From Desulfatiglandales bacterium (lineage in GTDB: Bacteria; Desulfobacterota; DSM-4660; Desulfatiglandales; Desulfatiglandaceae), in assembly GCA_963662465.1 (NCBI GenBank), contig OY759599.1:1024001-1088000 (forward strand): DNA of 64,000 nt, given 5' to 3'. Position 1 is the stretch's first letter. Each line of letters starts with the position of its first letter. The notes below the pieces were generated by a model that had not been told where the DNA came from, ran no database searches, and worked only from the letters and a program-made list of their open reading frames with translations. This document shows positions 32,153-42,025 of this stretch, piece by piece. A program made the position numbers and the translations under genes.

Positions 32153-33343
32153 ATGAAAATAGTTATTCCTGTTTTCTCCGTTTTTACCGCTCTCCTCTGT
32201 CCCCTGTTCTTGTCTTGCAGCGACGATAACAGCGGTCATAACTTTAATGCCCTATATGATTTGAGGCCTCTTTCCAGGGCGTTTGAGGTATTCGGCACGG
32301 AATTTAAGAGTCGAGATCCTCAAATGATTCACCGGAGGTACCCTAGGCATGCCCTCATCCGATCAGAACGGGAACCGGCGCCGATTTCCCTTGGCTCCCT
32401 GTCCGAGGAATCCGGCAGCATCGAAGAAATCAATGTGTTTGAATACGGGAGCAACGCCCATTTGTATTGGACAACGGCAACCGGAAAAGACGGCCTCGGA
32501 AATACCATCTCAACTGCAACGCAGACGCTTGATGTTTCGGGTTTTCCCACGCGGTCCTTTTGGTACGACGTTTCCGGAAACTTCAAGTACGCCTACGATT
32601 ATACATATGACGAAACCCTTTATTTAAGGACTTCCATTATCTGCTACCTTGAGGACCCCACCGACAACCCGGATGCCGGAAGAGATTTTGAAAGAACGAT
32701 TATGTGGAACAAAGATGGCATACTCACAACCCGTACATTCGTTGACTATGATTCCAACGGGTTTAAACGCTATGAATATAAATGGCGATCCGCAACACCG
32801 AAGAATTCCTTGAGAGGCACGGGCGGCATCGGCTATGATGAATACTATCGGGAATATGAGGCGGGTATGTTAACCTATCAGGAGGAAACTACGTTTGATT
32901 CGGATGCATACCCCGTAACCATGCGCACAGACTATAACGGCGATGAAACTTATGAGGAGACCTATTCCGCAGTGACTTCAAAAACAGTAGAGGGATATCT
33001 TGAATCGGTTATTTGGAGCGAAGAGGGCTCGGACAATCAGAAGTGGAAGACAACGTTTGCTTACGATGACGATGGGCTCCTAAAGACCACCAAACATTAT
33101 GATTTTGTTGAAGATGCATTCGTCCTGGATACAATCGTTACGGATGTGTGGTACAAAAACCCCGTCAATGGACCCACGGGCGGAATTGGTGTTTATTTCG
33201 AGTCGGATGAAGAAGGAAATCCCGTGAGCGACTACGAATCAGTCGACTGGACCGCATCCCAAAAGACGCATCATTATTTTTCTTACCCGGGAGAAGAAGC
33301 CTTTCGAATCGTGGAATCCCTGGAGAGAATCCGGCTTCAATGA
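32153..33343 (+). CDS. Hypothetical acidic lipoprotein, Tyr/Asp-rich beta strands
   Basis: AGGAG RBS; lipobox-like FLSC; repeated YD-like motifs. Confidence 0.75.
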   Translation: MKIVIPVFSVFTALLCPLFLSCSDDNSGHNFNALYDLRPLSRAFEVFGTEFKSRDPQMIHRRYPRHALIRSEREPAPISLGSLSEESGSIEEINVFEYGSNAHLYWTTATGKDGLGNTISTATQTLDVSGFPTRSFWYDVSGNFKYAYDYTYDETLYLRTSIICYLEDPTDNPDAGRDFERTIMWNKDGILTTRTFVDYDSNGFKRYEYKWRSATPKNSLRGTGGIGYDEYYREYEAGMLTYQEETTFDSDAYPVTMRTDYNGDETYEETYSAVTSKTVEGYLESVIWSEEGSDNQKWKTTFAYDDDGLLKTTKHYDFVEDAFVLDTIVTDVWYKNPVNGPTGGIGVYFESDEEGNPVSDYESVDWTASQKTHHYFSYPGEEAFRIVESLERIRLQ

Positions 33344-33718
33344 TTCTAATCGGTGGCACTGGGATATTTGTGAAACGGATATCCTGTTTTCGATTCTTCC
33401 ATCCCTTTTACGACCAGCTAAAATTTCTTGAACGGAATTCCGATGCCGAGCCGATTCCTCACAAAGCGCACCACCATCCTGACGCCCAAGCAGTATAGGG
33501 AGGACAGAACCCGGCATTCCTCCGGGAAATTTTAACTGCGGGCACCGGCAAAAATCTTCTGTTCCATTTCCAATCCCAATCCCATTCCCATAAAGGAGGC
33601 AGCAGAAAAACTTGCTATAGGGAAGAAGAAAGCGTAGCGCTTGACCGGGTCGGACCAAGCTACTCGTTTGATATCAAAGAGTTATTATCTCGCAACGAAA
33701 ATGTTCCCCTCAATCTTT

Positions 33719-35566
33719 TTATTTTGGCACAACAATCCTTACGCCCTTGTCAAAGAGTTTCCGTAGGATCACCAAGTGGTCAGGGTCTCGAAAATAATCG
33801 TACACACTTCGGGCTGTTTCCGGTCCAATATCAGGGATGACGTTCAAATCGCCCTCTGAGGCCATTTCCAGGTTTTCGAGACTCCCGAAATGGCTTGCCA
33901 GCTTGTGAGCGGCCTGTTCGCCAACGTGACGAATGCCCAAAGCATATAAAAAGCGTTCCAGCGTCGGACGTCTGCTTTGCTCAATAGCCCGCAGAATATT
34001 TTGCGCCGACTTGTCCCCCATGCCTTCCAGAGAGGCAAGTTGCTTCCGGGTCAACCCATAGAAATCGCTCATATCCTGAAGCAGTCCTGCCTGAACAAGT
34101 TGTAGCATCAATTTTGGGCCGACACCCCTGATATTCATCCCTTGCCGTGACACAAAATGTTCGAACCCCGCCATCTGTTTGGCCGGACAGAGAGGATTTC
34201 CGCAGCGATAGACGGCACCCCCGTCCTGATGGACCACAGGACTGCCGCACATCGGACACTGCTGGGGAAATACGAAGGGTTGTTCGGTTCCCGCGCGCCG
34301 CGACGGAATCACTTTCACAATATCGGGGATCACATCGCCGGCCCTTTCCACAAGCACCGTATCGCCGATGCGGATGTCTTTACGCGCGATCTCTCCATGA
34401 TTGTGCAAGCCGACCCGGCTGACTCGGACATCGCCTATTTCCACCGGCTCAAGAACAGCCACGGGCGTCAGCGCCCCGGTACGGCCCACTTGAATCTGAA
34501 TATCTTTCACGGTGGTGGTCGCCTGTTTCGGGGGAAATTTATACGCGATCGCCCAGCGTGGCGCCTCGGTGGTATTCCCCAACGCTTCCTGCCGGCGCAG
34601 GTGATTGACCTTCACCACCACACCGTCGATCTCGTAGGGGAGCAATCCCCGCCTGTTCTTCAAATCCTGAAACTGTTCGATCACCTCATCCATACCGTGA
34701 CAGATACGATTGAGCGGATTCACGCGCAACCCGACCCGTTTGAAATAGCCCAGTTTCTCGCAGTGAGTGACAAATTGCAGCCCTTCCACCGTTCCTGACC
34801 CGTAGAAGAAGGCATTCAGGCATCGCTGCGCCGTAACACCCGGATCTTTCTGCCGCATAGCGCCTGCCGCCGCATTTCTCGGATTTGCAAACAACTCTTC
34901 CCCGTTGTAACCCCGTTTCTCGTTTAACGCCGCAAACGCTTTCTTGTCCATATACACTTCACCCCGCACTTCCAGGCGGGCAGGAAAAACCCCTTGTTCC
35001 TGTTTCATCAGTTTGAGCGGAATGGCGCGGATGGTTTTTACATTCCCAGTGACATCTTCTCCGATAACACCATCCCCCCTGGTGGAACCCCCGGTCAAAA
35101 TTCCGTTTTCGTACACCACTTCTATCGCAATTCCATCGATTTTCGGTTCAAAAACATATTCTATCTCCCCGTGGCTGCACAGCAAATCTTTCAACCGCTT
35201 ATCGAAGTTACGCATGTCCTCTTCATTCCGCGCCTTTGCCAGACTCAACATGGGAACGGTGTGCGCAACCGTTCTAAACTCACCTGAGGCCACAGCGCCC
35301 ACGCGCTGGGTCGGTGAATCCGGCGTAATCCATTCCGGGTGTTCCTTTTCCAGGGTTTTCAGGCGCTGCACCAAACGATCATATTCGCCATCGGAGATCA
35401 CCGGGTTGTTGTCCACGTAATAGCGCTTGTTGTGATACTGGATTACTTCTCGCAGTGTTTCCATTTCCAACCGCAATTGCGCCAAATTTGCTGATGTCTG
35501 CGCAAGGCTGAGCGAAGTGAAGAACAGCAGAATGAGAAGCGTGGCAGTCGTAACGAGTCGTTTCAT
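33719..35566 (-). CDS. ligA: NAD+-dependent DNA ligase (LigA-type) with N-terminal signal-peptide-like segment and no BRCT domain
   Basis: YHNKRYY...ISDGEYD, EPKIDG, EVRGEV, DGVVVK, PRWAIAYKF, CPMC...C...C Zn finger, HhH repeats; ends directly after the HhH region. Confidence 0.93.
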   Translation of the reverse strand: MKRLVTTATLLILLFFTSLSLAQTSANLAQLRLEMETLREVIQYHNKRYYVDNNPVISDGEYDRLVQRLKTLEKEHPEWITPDSPTQRVGAVASGEFRTVAHTVPMLSLAKARNEEDMRNFDKRLKDLLCSHGEIEYVFEPKIDGIAIEVVYENGILTGGSTRGDGVIGEDVTGNVKTIRAIPLKLMKQEQGVFPARLEVRGEVYMDKKAFAALNEKRGYNGEELFANPRNAAAGAMRQKDPGVTAQRCLNAFFYGSGTVEGLQFVTHCEKLGYFKRVGLRVNPLNRICHGMDEVIEQFQDLKNRRGLLPYEIDGVVVKVNHLRRQEALGNTTEAPRWAIAYKFPPKQATTTVKDIQIQVGRTGALTPVAVLEPVEIGDVRVSRVGLHNHGEIARKDIRIGDTVLVERAGDVIPDIVKVIPSRRAGTEQPFVFPQQCPMCGSPVVHQDGGAVYRCGNPLCPAKQMAGFEHFVSRQGMNIRGVGPKLMLQLVQAGLLQDMSDFYGLTRKQLASLEGMGDKSAQNILRAIEQSRRPTLERFLYALGIRHVGEQAAHKLASHFGSLENLEMASEGDLNVIPDIGPETARSVYDYFRDPDHLVILRKLFDKGVRIVVPK

Positions 35567-35689
35567 CAGGAAGGACCGTTTGATTGGTTCATAAAGGTCT
35601 CCCACCTTCGCCCTTCGCTGCACATGGATGGTGAAGGTTTTGGCGCTGCTTTGGTGTGCAACGACAATTACACTTCCCCCTGCTCCCGG

Positions 35690-35750
35690 GCGAACCTGAT
35701 AAGGCTTTGCTTGGTTGCCTTCTTTCTGCAAATTGACCTTCTCTATGGCA
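35690..35750 (-). pseudogene. Short fragment resembling the C-terminus of a HicA-like toxin
   Basis: EKVNLQKEGNQAKPYQVR motif. Confidence 0.45.
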
Positions 35751-35778
35751 CCATCCTTTCAATTTCATTCACCAACAT

Positions 35779-36318
35779 TTACTCTACAACAGGCTGAGTC
35801 TGCTCTGTTAATTTCTGTTGCAGCCAGAGATTTACCAGCGTATCAACCTTCACACCACGCCGACGCGCTTGCTTTTCCACGGATGTCAGCAAGTCTAACT
35901 CAATCGGCATAGCACATGTGATTACAAACTCAACATCAGGCGCATCGGGGTTGTCAACGTCTGTAAAGTCGTGAGTATCCCAGTACTCTCCCATCTTCTT
36001 CAGTGAATCCGCTTTTGAAATACTGCTTAATTTATTTGCGGCATAAGTCTTTTGCTCCTTCTTGCTCATGTCACGTACACTAATAATGATTGCTGTTTTT
36101 GTTTCGGGTTTATAAACAAAAAATACTGATAAATATCGTCCACCAAAGCTCTGTCCAAAACCAGCATACACATCATTCCCTTCAGTATGACCTTTCTCAG
36201 CAAATCGAATACGAGGCTTACTGAGCAAAACTTGACGTACTTCTCGTACTGTTACATGATGTCTGGATTCAAGTTTATCTTCAATGTAATCAGGACAAAC
36301 GATGTAGTGAATTTGCAT
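35779..36318 (-). CDS. BrnT-like toxin fused in frame to a CopG/BrnA-like antitoxin
   Basis: N-half ...GRYLSVFFVYK...IISVRDM; C-half EYWDTHDFTD...ARRRGV...LVNLWLQQKL. Confidence 0.75.
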   Translation of the reverse strand: MQIHYIVCPDYIEDKLESRHHVTVREVRQVLLSKPRIRFAEKGHTEGNDVYAGFGQSFGGRYLSVFFVYKPETKTAIIISVRDMSKKEQKTYAANKLSSISKADSLKKMGEYWDTHDFTDVDNPDAPDVEFVITCAMPIELDLLTSVEKQARRRGVKVDTLVNLWLQQKLTEQTQPVVE

Positions 36319-36410
36319 ATCATTTTAATCCTTTCGTGGCTCGGTTAGCTCAGGGACGGGCCTATCTTCATTGGCTGAAACGATGATCATGGCCATCTTT
36401 TCGCTCTTGC

Positions 36411-36872
36411 CATGAGTGGCTCTTAGCTACAATCCCCTTTTTGACTATGAAAACGACCATATAGGCCGAAAATAGGACCTTGTTTTCATCATATTATCAA
36501 TCATCCTAAATTGTTAGCTTGGTCCGACCCGAGCTCAATATAATGTCTTGAGCAATTTCTTCACAGAAATATGTCCGACAAATAAAGCCCGATTATACGA
36601 TTTTGATTTGAATAATTCATTCATTGTTTTGAAATCATCATTAGAGGTCTCGATCCAATGATTCTTTATCTTTTCAATGTCGTTGTGATTCATTTCTTGT
36701 TTTGTCAATTGATATTCACCTAACCCGGAATATAATGTCTTTTCACTCTTCCCATGGGTAGTCCCTGGCTATAATATCCCATTTTTGACTATGAAAACAA
36801 TCATATAGGGCGGAAATTGGTCCCCTTTTTCATCCTATTGCCAATCATTCTATCTGGTCAGCTTGGCCCGAC
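36411..36872. repeat. Two imperfect ~120-bp direct repeats (about 36411-36530 and 36752-36872)
   Basis: Shared TTTTGACTATGAAAAC...CATATAGG...TTTTCATC...CAATCAT...AGCTTGG.CCGAC. Confidence 0.8.
36535..36693 (-). pseudogene. HEPN-domain gene 5' fragment
   Basis: Manual translation: MNHNDIEKIKNHWIETSNDDFKTMNELFKSK (frameshift) YNRALFVGHISVKKLLKTLY. Confidence 0.6.
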
Positions 36873-37333
36873 AACTTTTTGAAATCCCGCCTGGCCTTGC
36901 GTTCGCACAGCCCGGCCCCAAAACGGTTGGGAAAATCAGCGGTCCTAATCCGTTCTCCTGCTGACCGGGCATTTAAGATAACATTTTGCCCTTCGTTGGT
37001 TTTGATAGTAGCCCAGTAAGCCTGAATTCTTTCGTCGCCTACTTTTCGTAAGGATGAATCGTCTTCAATCCAACCATGAAATGATTGTGGCACTGGTTGA
37101 AGATTTCAGAATGTACCCCAGTCCTTTCATCTATGACTTCGCTTAACGATTCGCAGATTTCGGTTAATGATTTCTTAATGATTTTCAAGCCGGTCACTAA
37201 ATTTAACGATTCCCTCCTCGAAACACATACCGCGTACCCCGCCCTTTACCGACGACCCCACCCCACATGCAGGATTACCTTTGACATTAGCTCCTGCCAA
37301 ATACAAGTTAGCAGTATTTATCGCGATATCTGA

Positions 37334-37978
37334 CTATTGAGTCAGGCTTTTCATGAAGCCACAATCAAGCACATTATCATTACCATAAAACTTGAAATTT
37401 AAGGTATCACCAACCTGTCGAACAGAAATAACCCCGTTTGTAGCATTATTATCAAGACAATAGTAACCATAAACAAGATTGATTGAAAGAATTTGGCCCC
37501 AAATAGCACTTTCCCAACCATTAATTTGATCTATTCCTGCACTTGTTAAGAGAGATTCATAAGGATGGCCAACAATTTTTCCAGTAACAAAGCTTGCCAA
37601 CCAAGAACTATTGCCACTCTTACACTCAAAAAACCATTCCGTCCGACCATCAAATAAAGCAGATCCTTTTAGTGTACAATCACTGCCATACGTACCTGAG
37701 GTCAATCCTTCAACAAAATTGCCGTTTACACCATGCAAAGATTTAAGATAAACAATCTGTTCTTGTAAATCGGTAACCCCCTGTTCCAGATTGGTGATGG
37801 CAGTACTGTTTTCTGTTGCTTTGGTTGTTTGTAGGGTACCATCAGGAAATTGAATACCCTGATCTGTTAAGCGAGTGCCAGCATCTATTACAGGCGCTGT
37901 AAAGATTATTACCACAAATGAAAACAGCGCCAACAACGAAACACCTTTTCCGTAGATAAATCTGCCAATGATTGCCAT
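37334..37978 (-). CDS. Hypothetical exported protein with GIQFPDGT motif and short coiled coil
   Basis: AAGGAG RBS; signal-peptide-like N-terminus; lower GC than its surroundings. Confidence 0.7.
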   Translation of the reverse strand: MAIIGRFIYGKGVSLLALFSFVVIIFTAPVIDAGTRLTDQGIQFPDGTLQTTKATENSTAITNLEQGVTDLQEQIVYLKSLHGVNGNFVEGLTSGTYGSDCTLKGSALFDGRTEWFFECKSGNSSWLASFVTGKIVGHPYESLLTSAGIDQINGWESAIWGQILSINLVYGYYCLDNNATNGVISVRQVGDTLNFKFYGNDNVLDCGFMKSLTQ

Positions 37979-38185
37979 GTTTTTATCTCCTTTCATTTTT
38001 TAGAATATGAGCCTCTTGCAAAATGCTAACTGAGGCTGTAAGTTTTACTGGAAGTTTTTCGGGAGAGCCAAAGAGCGTGGCTGTTGGAGCAGTTTTGGTC
38101 AACTTTCCGGGTTTGATGACGATTTTTGGACATACTCCACCCTCGTCTTCAGTGATATACACTAAAACGTAGGGTTATAAGGAAG

Positions 38186-39325
38186 CTATGTGACGAGGCG
38201 TAGCAGTTGATCTGCTGTGAGGGCCAGGATTCCGAACATCAAGTGGGCCATCACTTTGACATGCCCTCGCACACGAACATTTTTGCCCTCGAATTCATCT
38301 TTCAGTCGACCGTTCACCCTTTCAACATTGGAACGTTCGTTGTAACGACGGTCCTCGGGCATCTCAAAGTTAATAACTTTGAGCCGTTTGGCTTCCCACT
38401 TCAGCTCCTCCTTCAGTTTTGTGTTTCTGCGGGGATTGATGTCTATAATCGGCACGTGGCCGATGGACTGACTGTGTTCCCTAATGATGGGGGCGTCATA
38501 GGCCGAGTCCATTAGGTCATACAAGTTCGTGACCCTTGTCCGAGATATCTCTGCCAGGGGTAAGGCTACTTGACTGTCATGCAGTGAGGCTGATGTCAGA
38601 ATGCAACTGACAGGAATATGACCGTCGGCTGCGTCAATGTGCAACTTATAACCAATCCAACTCTCCATGTATCCTTTGCTATTCTTCTTGGTTCCGACAT
38701 CGCAGGCATTGGGAAGGTCGTCCAACATCTCTTCCAAACACATCTCTTTCTGTCGCTCAAGGCGCGTAGGCTCACTAATTTTCTCTTCTTCTTTCTTTGT
38801 TCGACCGCGCTTCTTCTTCGGCTTATTCTCAGCCACAATTTCTTTTTTCGCCGGCTTTTCACGGCCCTCTATCTCTGTCGAATCTCGTGAAATGTGCCCA
38901 ACTATCACATTGGACACCGTCCCATTTATCATCGCTTCATGCACTCGTGTGGGTAATTGGGTCATAGAAAACTCGGCAAATGCCCTTGAAAAGGTCGATT
39001 CACTGGGAATATCCCGACCCTTTTCCCATCCGCAGATTCGCAAAAGCTTCTGGTCGCTTGACAATCTATCCAGCAAATATCGGGTTGTCGGCATATTGTA
39101 TACGGCCTTTGCTACAAAAGCCCGAGCTATAGCTGCCCGTTCTTTACGATTCCGCCCAGGCAATCCGCTCATACACGGGACAAATTCTTCTATCCTTATA
39201 AGTTCCAATATGCCGACAAGTAAACGCTGTTTTGCACTTAACTCCCCAACTATGTCTTCGATCCACGGAAAAAGGTCCATCTGCACTCGATACCAATATT
39301 GCGAAATATTCTCCAAAAAACCCAT
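38186..39325 (-). CDS. DDE transposase
   Basis: PSESTFSRAF, RDST, WIGYKLH, MDSAYD, YNERSNVERVNGRLK; GGAGG RBS before ATG 39325. Confidence 0.93.
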   Translation of the reverse strand: MGFLENISQYWYRVQMDLFPWIEDIVGELSAKQRLLVGILELIRIEEFVPCMSGLPGRNRKERAAIARAFVAKAVYNMPTTRYLLDRLSSDQKLLRICGWEKGRDIPSESTFSRAFAEFSMTQLPTRVHEAMINGTVSNVIVGHISRDSTEIEGREKPAKKEIVAENKPKKKRGRTKKEEEKISEPTRLERQKEMCLEEMLDDLPNACDVGTKKNSKGYMESWIGYKLHIDAADGHIPVSCILTSASLHDSQVALPLAEISRTRVTNLYDLMDSAYDAPIIREHSQSIGHVPIIDINPRRNTKLKEELKWEAKRLKVINFEMPEDRRYNERSNVERVNGRLKDEFEGKNVRVRGHVKVMAHLMFGILALTADQLLRLVT

Positions 39326-39410
39326 ATTCGAGCGACCTCCGATCCAAAACACCTTAACTTCCGAAACAGATGTAACTACACACAATTATTACGCTAAGTC
39401 AATAAAATAT

Positions 39411-39621
39411 CAGTAATTCTCATCATGGCTGTGGATTTTCAATCGGGTTCCCCCGTTCTTCGTGGGAACGGTTGTTGGGACGCTCTGGGTCCTGTATCAA
39501 ACCCTCATAGGGTTGAAGGAAACAAAATTCACGCAGGGCGCAGAGCGTCCAGATGTAGTTTCCTACGCAAAACGTGGGGAAGCGGAATGAGGAACTGCTG
39601 ATCTCAAAATGAGAATTGCTG
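39411..39621. mobile_element. Putative second MITE type nested in the IS end region, with degenerate REP-like hairpins
   Basis: 13-bp TIRs CAGTAATTCTCAT / ATGAGAATTGCTG (1 mismatch); internal GTTCCC..GTGGGAAC and GGACGCTCTG..CAGAGCGTCC; no clear TSD. Confidence 0.55.
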
Positions 39622-39658
39622 AGAAAAGATCAACGCAAATGTATTTTGCAAGAGGCTC

Positions 39659-40705
39659 AATACTTCTTCTTCAATTTCCTCCCTGTTCTCCGTTGATTTC
39701 TGGAGCATCATTTTCAAAGCCATATTCGCTTGTTCAAGAAGTTCTGTTTTAGATTCAAGTTCCCTCTGGCTCATCGTGGATTCGCGTGAGATTTGGCTTC
39801 TGAGCCGATTGTAGGTGCGACTTCAGTCGCACATTAAGCCGACCCTGTGCGACTGAAGTCGCACCTACAGCCCGAACCGAAACAATCTCAAAGCGCGATT
39901 TCACGTTAATCCGCGATGAACCTTCCCTCTTTCCTCGTTCAAGTTTTTTAACAGATTCGATTTCTTTTGTGATGTCCTTCCCATAGACCGCCAGTTGAAT
40001 GACTTTCCCCGTATTGTCAAATATGGGATACACATTGCTGTCAAAAATGGTCTTTCCTCTCTTATCCGTAAACTGGGAGGGTTTTCCTGTTTTAATGACC
40101 CTGTCAAGCTTGGGTTTCCTGGATTTGGCCAGTTCCATGGGCATGATATCATAGACGCATTTGCCGATAAATTCCTCAATATCCATTCCAAATTTTTTGG
40201 CCACGATGGAATTACCGGCAAGAACCGTCCCGTCAAAATCCAGCAACGCCATGCTGTCGGTGGGAGCATTTAAGAGGGCTTTTAACTGCTGGTTTGAAGT
40301 CTCAAGTTCCGACAACACCTCGGCGTATGCCTTTTTCAGTCGATCCTCAATTTTCTTTTTATGAAAGGCAATCTCTATAGACGCTTTGATTTCAGCCGGT
40401 TCAAAAGGTTTCAGAAGATACCCATGGGGCTCCACATTTATCGCCCGCTGAACAATTTCATCGTTCCCATAGCCGGTCACAAAAACGACAGCGCAATCGA
40501 TCGACCCCATGATTATTTCAGCAGCTTTGGTTCCATCGATTCCTCCCGGCATGACAATGTCCATCAAGATCACATCAGGCTTCAGTTCGGCCGCCATTTC
40601 GACAGCTTCTTCACCGGAACCGACAACCCCTACAACCTCGTAATCCAAGTCCAGTGCAATCTCTTCGAGTTCTTCTAAGATGATATAGTCATTATCAACA
40701 ATCAT
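39659..40705 (-). pseudogene. Receiver-PAS regulator interrupted by a MITE and truncated by the IS
   Basis: REC (DVILMDI, YLLKPF) and PAS domains. Removing the MITE plus one TSD restores ...RGKRE-LESKTELLEQANMALKMMLQK...EEEV up to the IS end. Confidence 0.85.
39768..39922 (-). mobile_element. 155-bp MITE, copy 2 (inverted relative to copy 1)
   Basis: 2 differences from copy 1; 8-bp TSD TTCCCTCT at 39760-39767 and 39923-39930. Confidence 0.93.
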
Positions 40706-40808
40706 TATCTTGAGCGTTCTTTAAGACCTCTGATTCTGCTGACATCACGAATAGTTGCCTGTTAATGATACATCTGCCAGTCTTCTATCAGTCCAAAATA
40801 ATGGCACT

Positions 40809-40836
40809 GTAGAGACAAGGCATGCCTTGTCTCTAC
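40809..40836. repeat. Perfect 28-bp palindrome, GTAG-type REP
   Basis: GTAGAGACAAGGCATGCCTTGTCTCTAC. Confidence 0.85.
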
Positions 40837-40882
40837 TTTCTCCTCCATTTGCGCGGTTGCAGCTGGTGAAAACCTGTCGGCG

Positions 40883-42025
40883 CTACAGGATATCCCCTGC
40901 CCATAATGCTTCAAGAAACATCTGCCATGGCAGAACTTCCAACGTGGAATTCAGCCTTTTGGGTTCCTTTTCCAATGAAACAATAATCGTCCGTTTTACG
41001 GCATGTTCCTCCAACAGCGCCTTCAGGCCTCTTGTATGACCCTCATGTACTCTCCGGGTCCCTTTGACCTCTATCGCCACATTCATGTCGCCCAGAATGA
41101 AGTCTACCTCAAAACCGGTGCTGGTTCGCCAGTAGCGGATATCAAGCTCAGGATTTCGGTAGGCTTGGTAGGCCTTAAGCTCCATCAGAATATAGTGTTC
41201 AAAGGAATGGCCGAACTCGGAAGTGCCGGCTTTGGGCATGCGACGGGCCAGATAATTAGACACCCCAACATCAAAAAGATAGAATTTTTCAGTTTCAATC
41301 AGGCGCCTTCTATTTGCCTTTCGCCACGGTGATACCCTGAATCCTAACAGGGTATCTTCCAAAATCTGAAAATAGTTTTTCACAACCTTGGCGCTGACGC
41401 CTGTTTCCCTGCCAACATTGGTGTAGTTCAGCAATTCACCGGAAGTCAGTGCGGCAACCCGCAGAAATTCGGAAAATGCGGGGATGTTCTGAGTAACGGC
41501 CTCTGTTGCGATTTCTTCTTTCAGATAGTCCGCCACGTAGGATCTGAGGTCCCGAACAGGATCAGGAGACAGGAAATGGGGAGGCAGGAGGCCTGAAATA
41601 AAGACCTGTTCCAAATCAAAGCCTTCTGTTTCAATCCAGGCGAGAGGGGCCATCACATATCGCCAGGCTCGGCCGGCAAGGAGATTGGCGTGTCCCCGTC
41701 TCAGCTTACGGGCACTTGATCCTGTCATGATGAAAGAAATTCCGGTGTTCTCAATCAGCCAATGGATTTCGTTGAGCAGATCGGGAACCATTTGAATTTC
41801 GTCAATGACAATAAACCCTTCATGGCCCTGATAACGCTCACGCAGCAGTGACGGGTGTGACGCATAGTCGGCAAACAGGTCCGTCTTGAGCAGATCGATT
41901 AGAACTGCATCGGGAAAACGCTGATTGACCCAATAGGTTTTGCCTGTTCTGCGAGGACCCCAAAGGAAAGCGGAACGATTAGGCGGCAATTCAATATTCA
42001 GGAGTCTGTCTTTGATAATTTTCAT
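40883..42025 (-). CDS. AAA+ ATPase with DUF4143-type domain
   Basis: GPRRTGKT, IVIDEIQ, TGSSARKL, EVDF...IEVK. Confidence 0.92.
   Translation of the reverse strand: MKIIKDRLLNIELPPNRSAFLWGPRRTGKTYWVNQRFPDAVLIDLLKTDLFADYASHPSLLRERYQGHEGFIVIDEIQMVPDLLNEIHWLIENTGISFIMTGSSARKLRRGHANLLAGRAWRYVMAPLAWIETEGFDLEQVFISGLLPPHFLSPDPVRDLRSYVADYLKEEIATEAVTQNIPAFSEFLRVAALTSGELLNYTNVGRETGVSAKVVKNYFQILEDTLLGFRVSPWRKANRRRLIETEKFYLFDVGVSNYLARRMPKAGTSEFGHSFEHYILMELKAYQAYRNPELDIRYWRTSTGFEVDFILGDMNVAIEVKGTRRVHEGHTRGLKALLEEHAVKRTIIVSLEKEPKRLNSTLEVLPWQMFLEALWAGDIL

Larger units (their letters stand above)
38009..39658 (-). mobile_element. DDE insertion sequence (IS5/IS1182-like) with 16-bp perfect TIRs
   Basis: GAGCCTCTTGCAAAAT at 38009 and ATTTTGCAAGAGGCTC ending at 39658. 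Confidence 0.9.

Noticed and set aside
35567..35731. 55-aa N-terminal extension of the ligase from the ORF track
   Set aside because: It starts at a TTG inside a HicA-like fragment and has no ligase similarity.
36400..36880. Integron attC sites
   Set aside because: One GTTAGGT on the minus strand near 36720, but no paired R/L box hairpin and no integrase.
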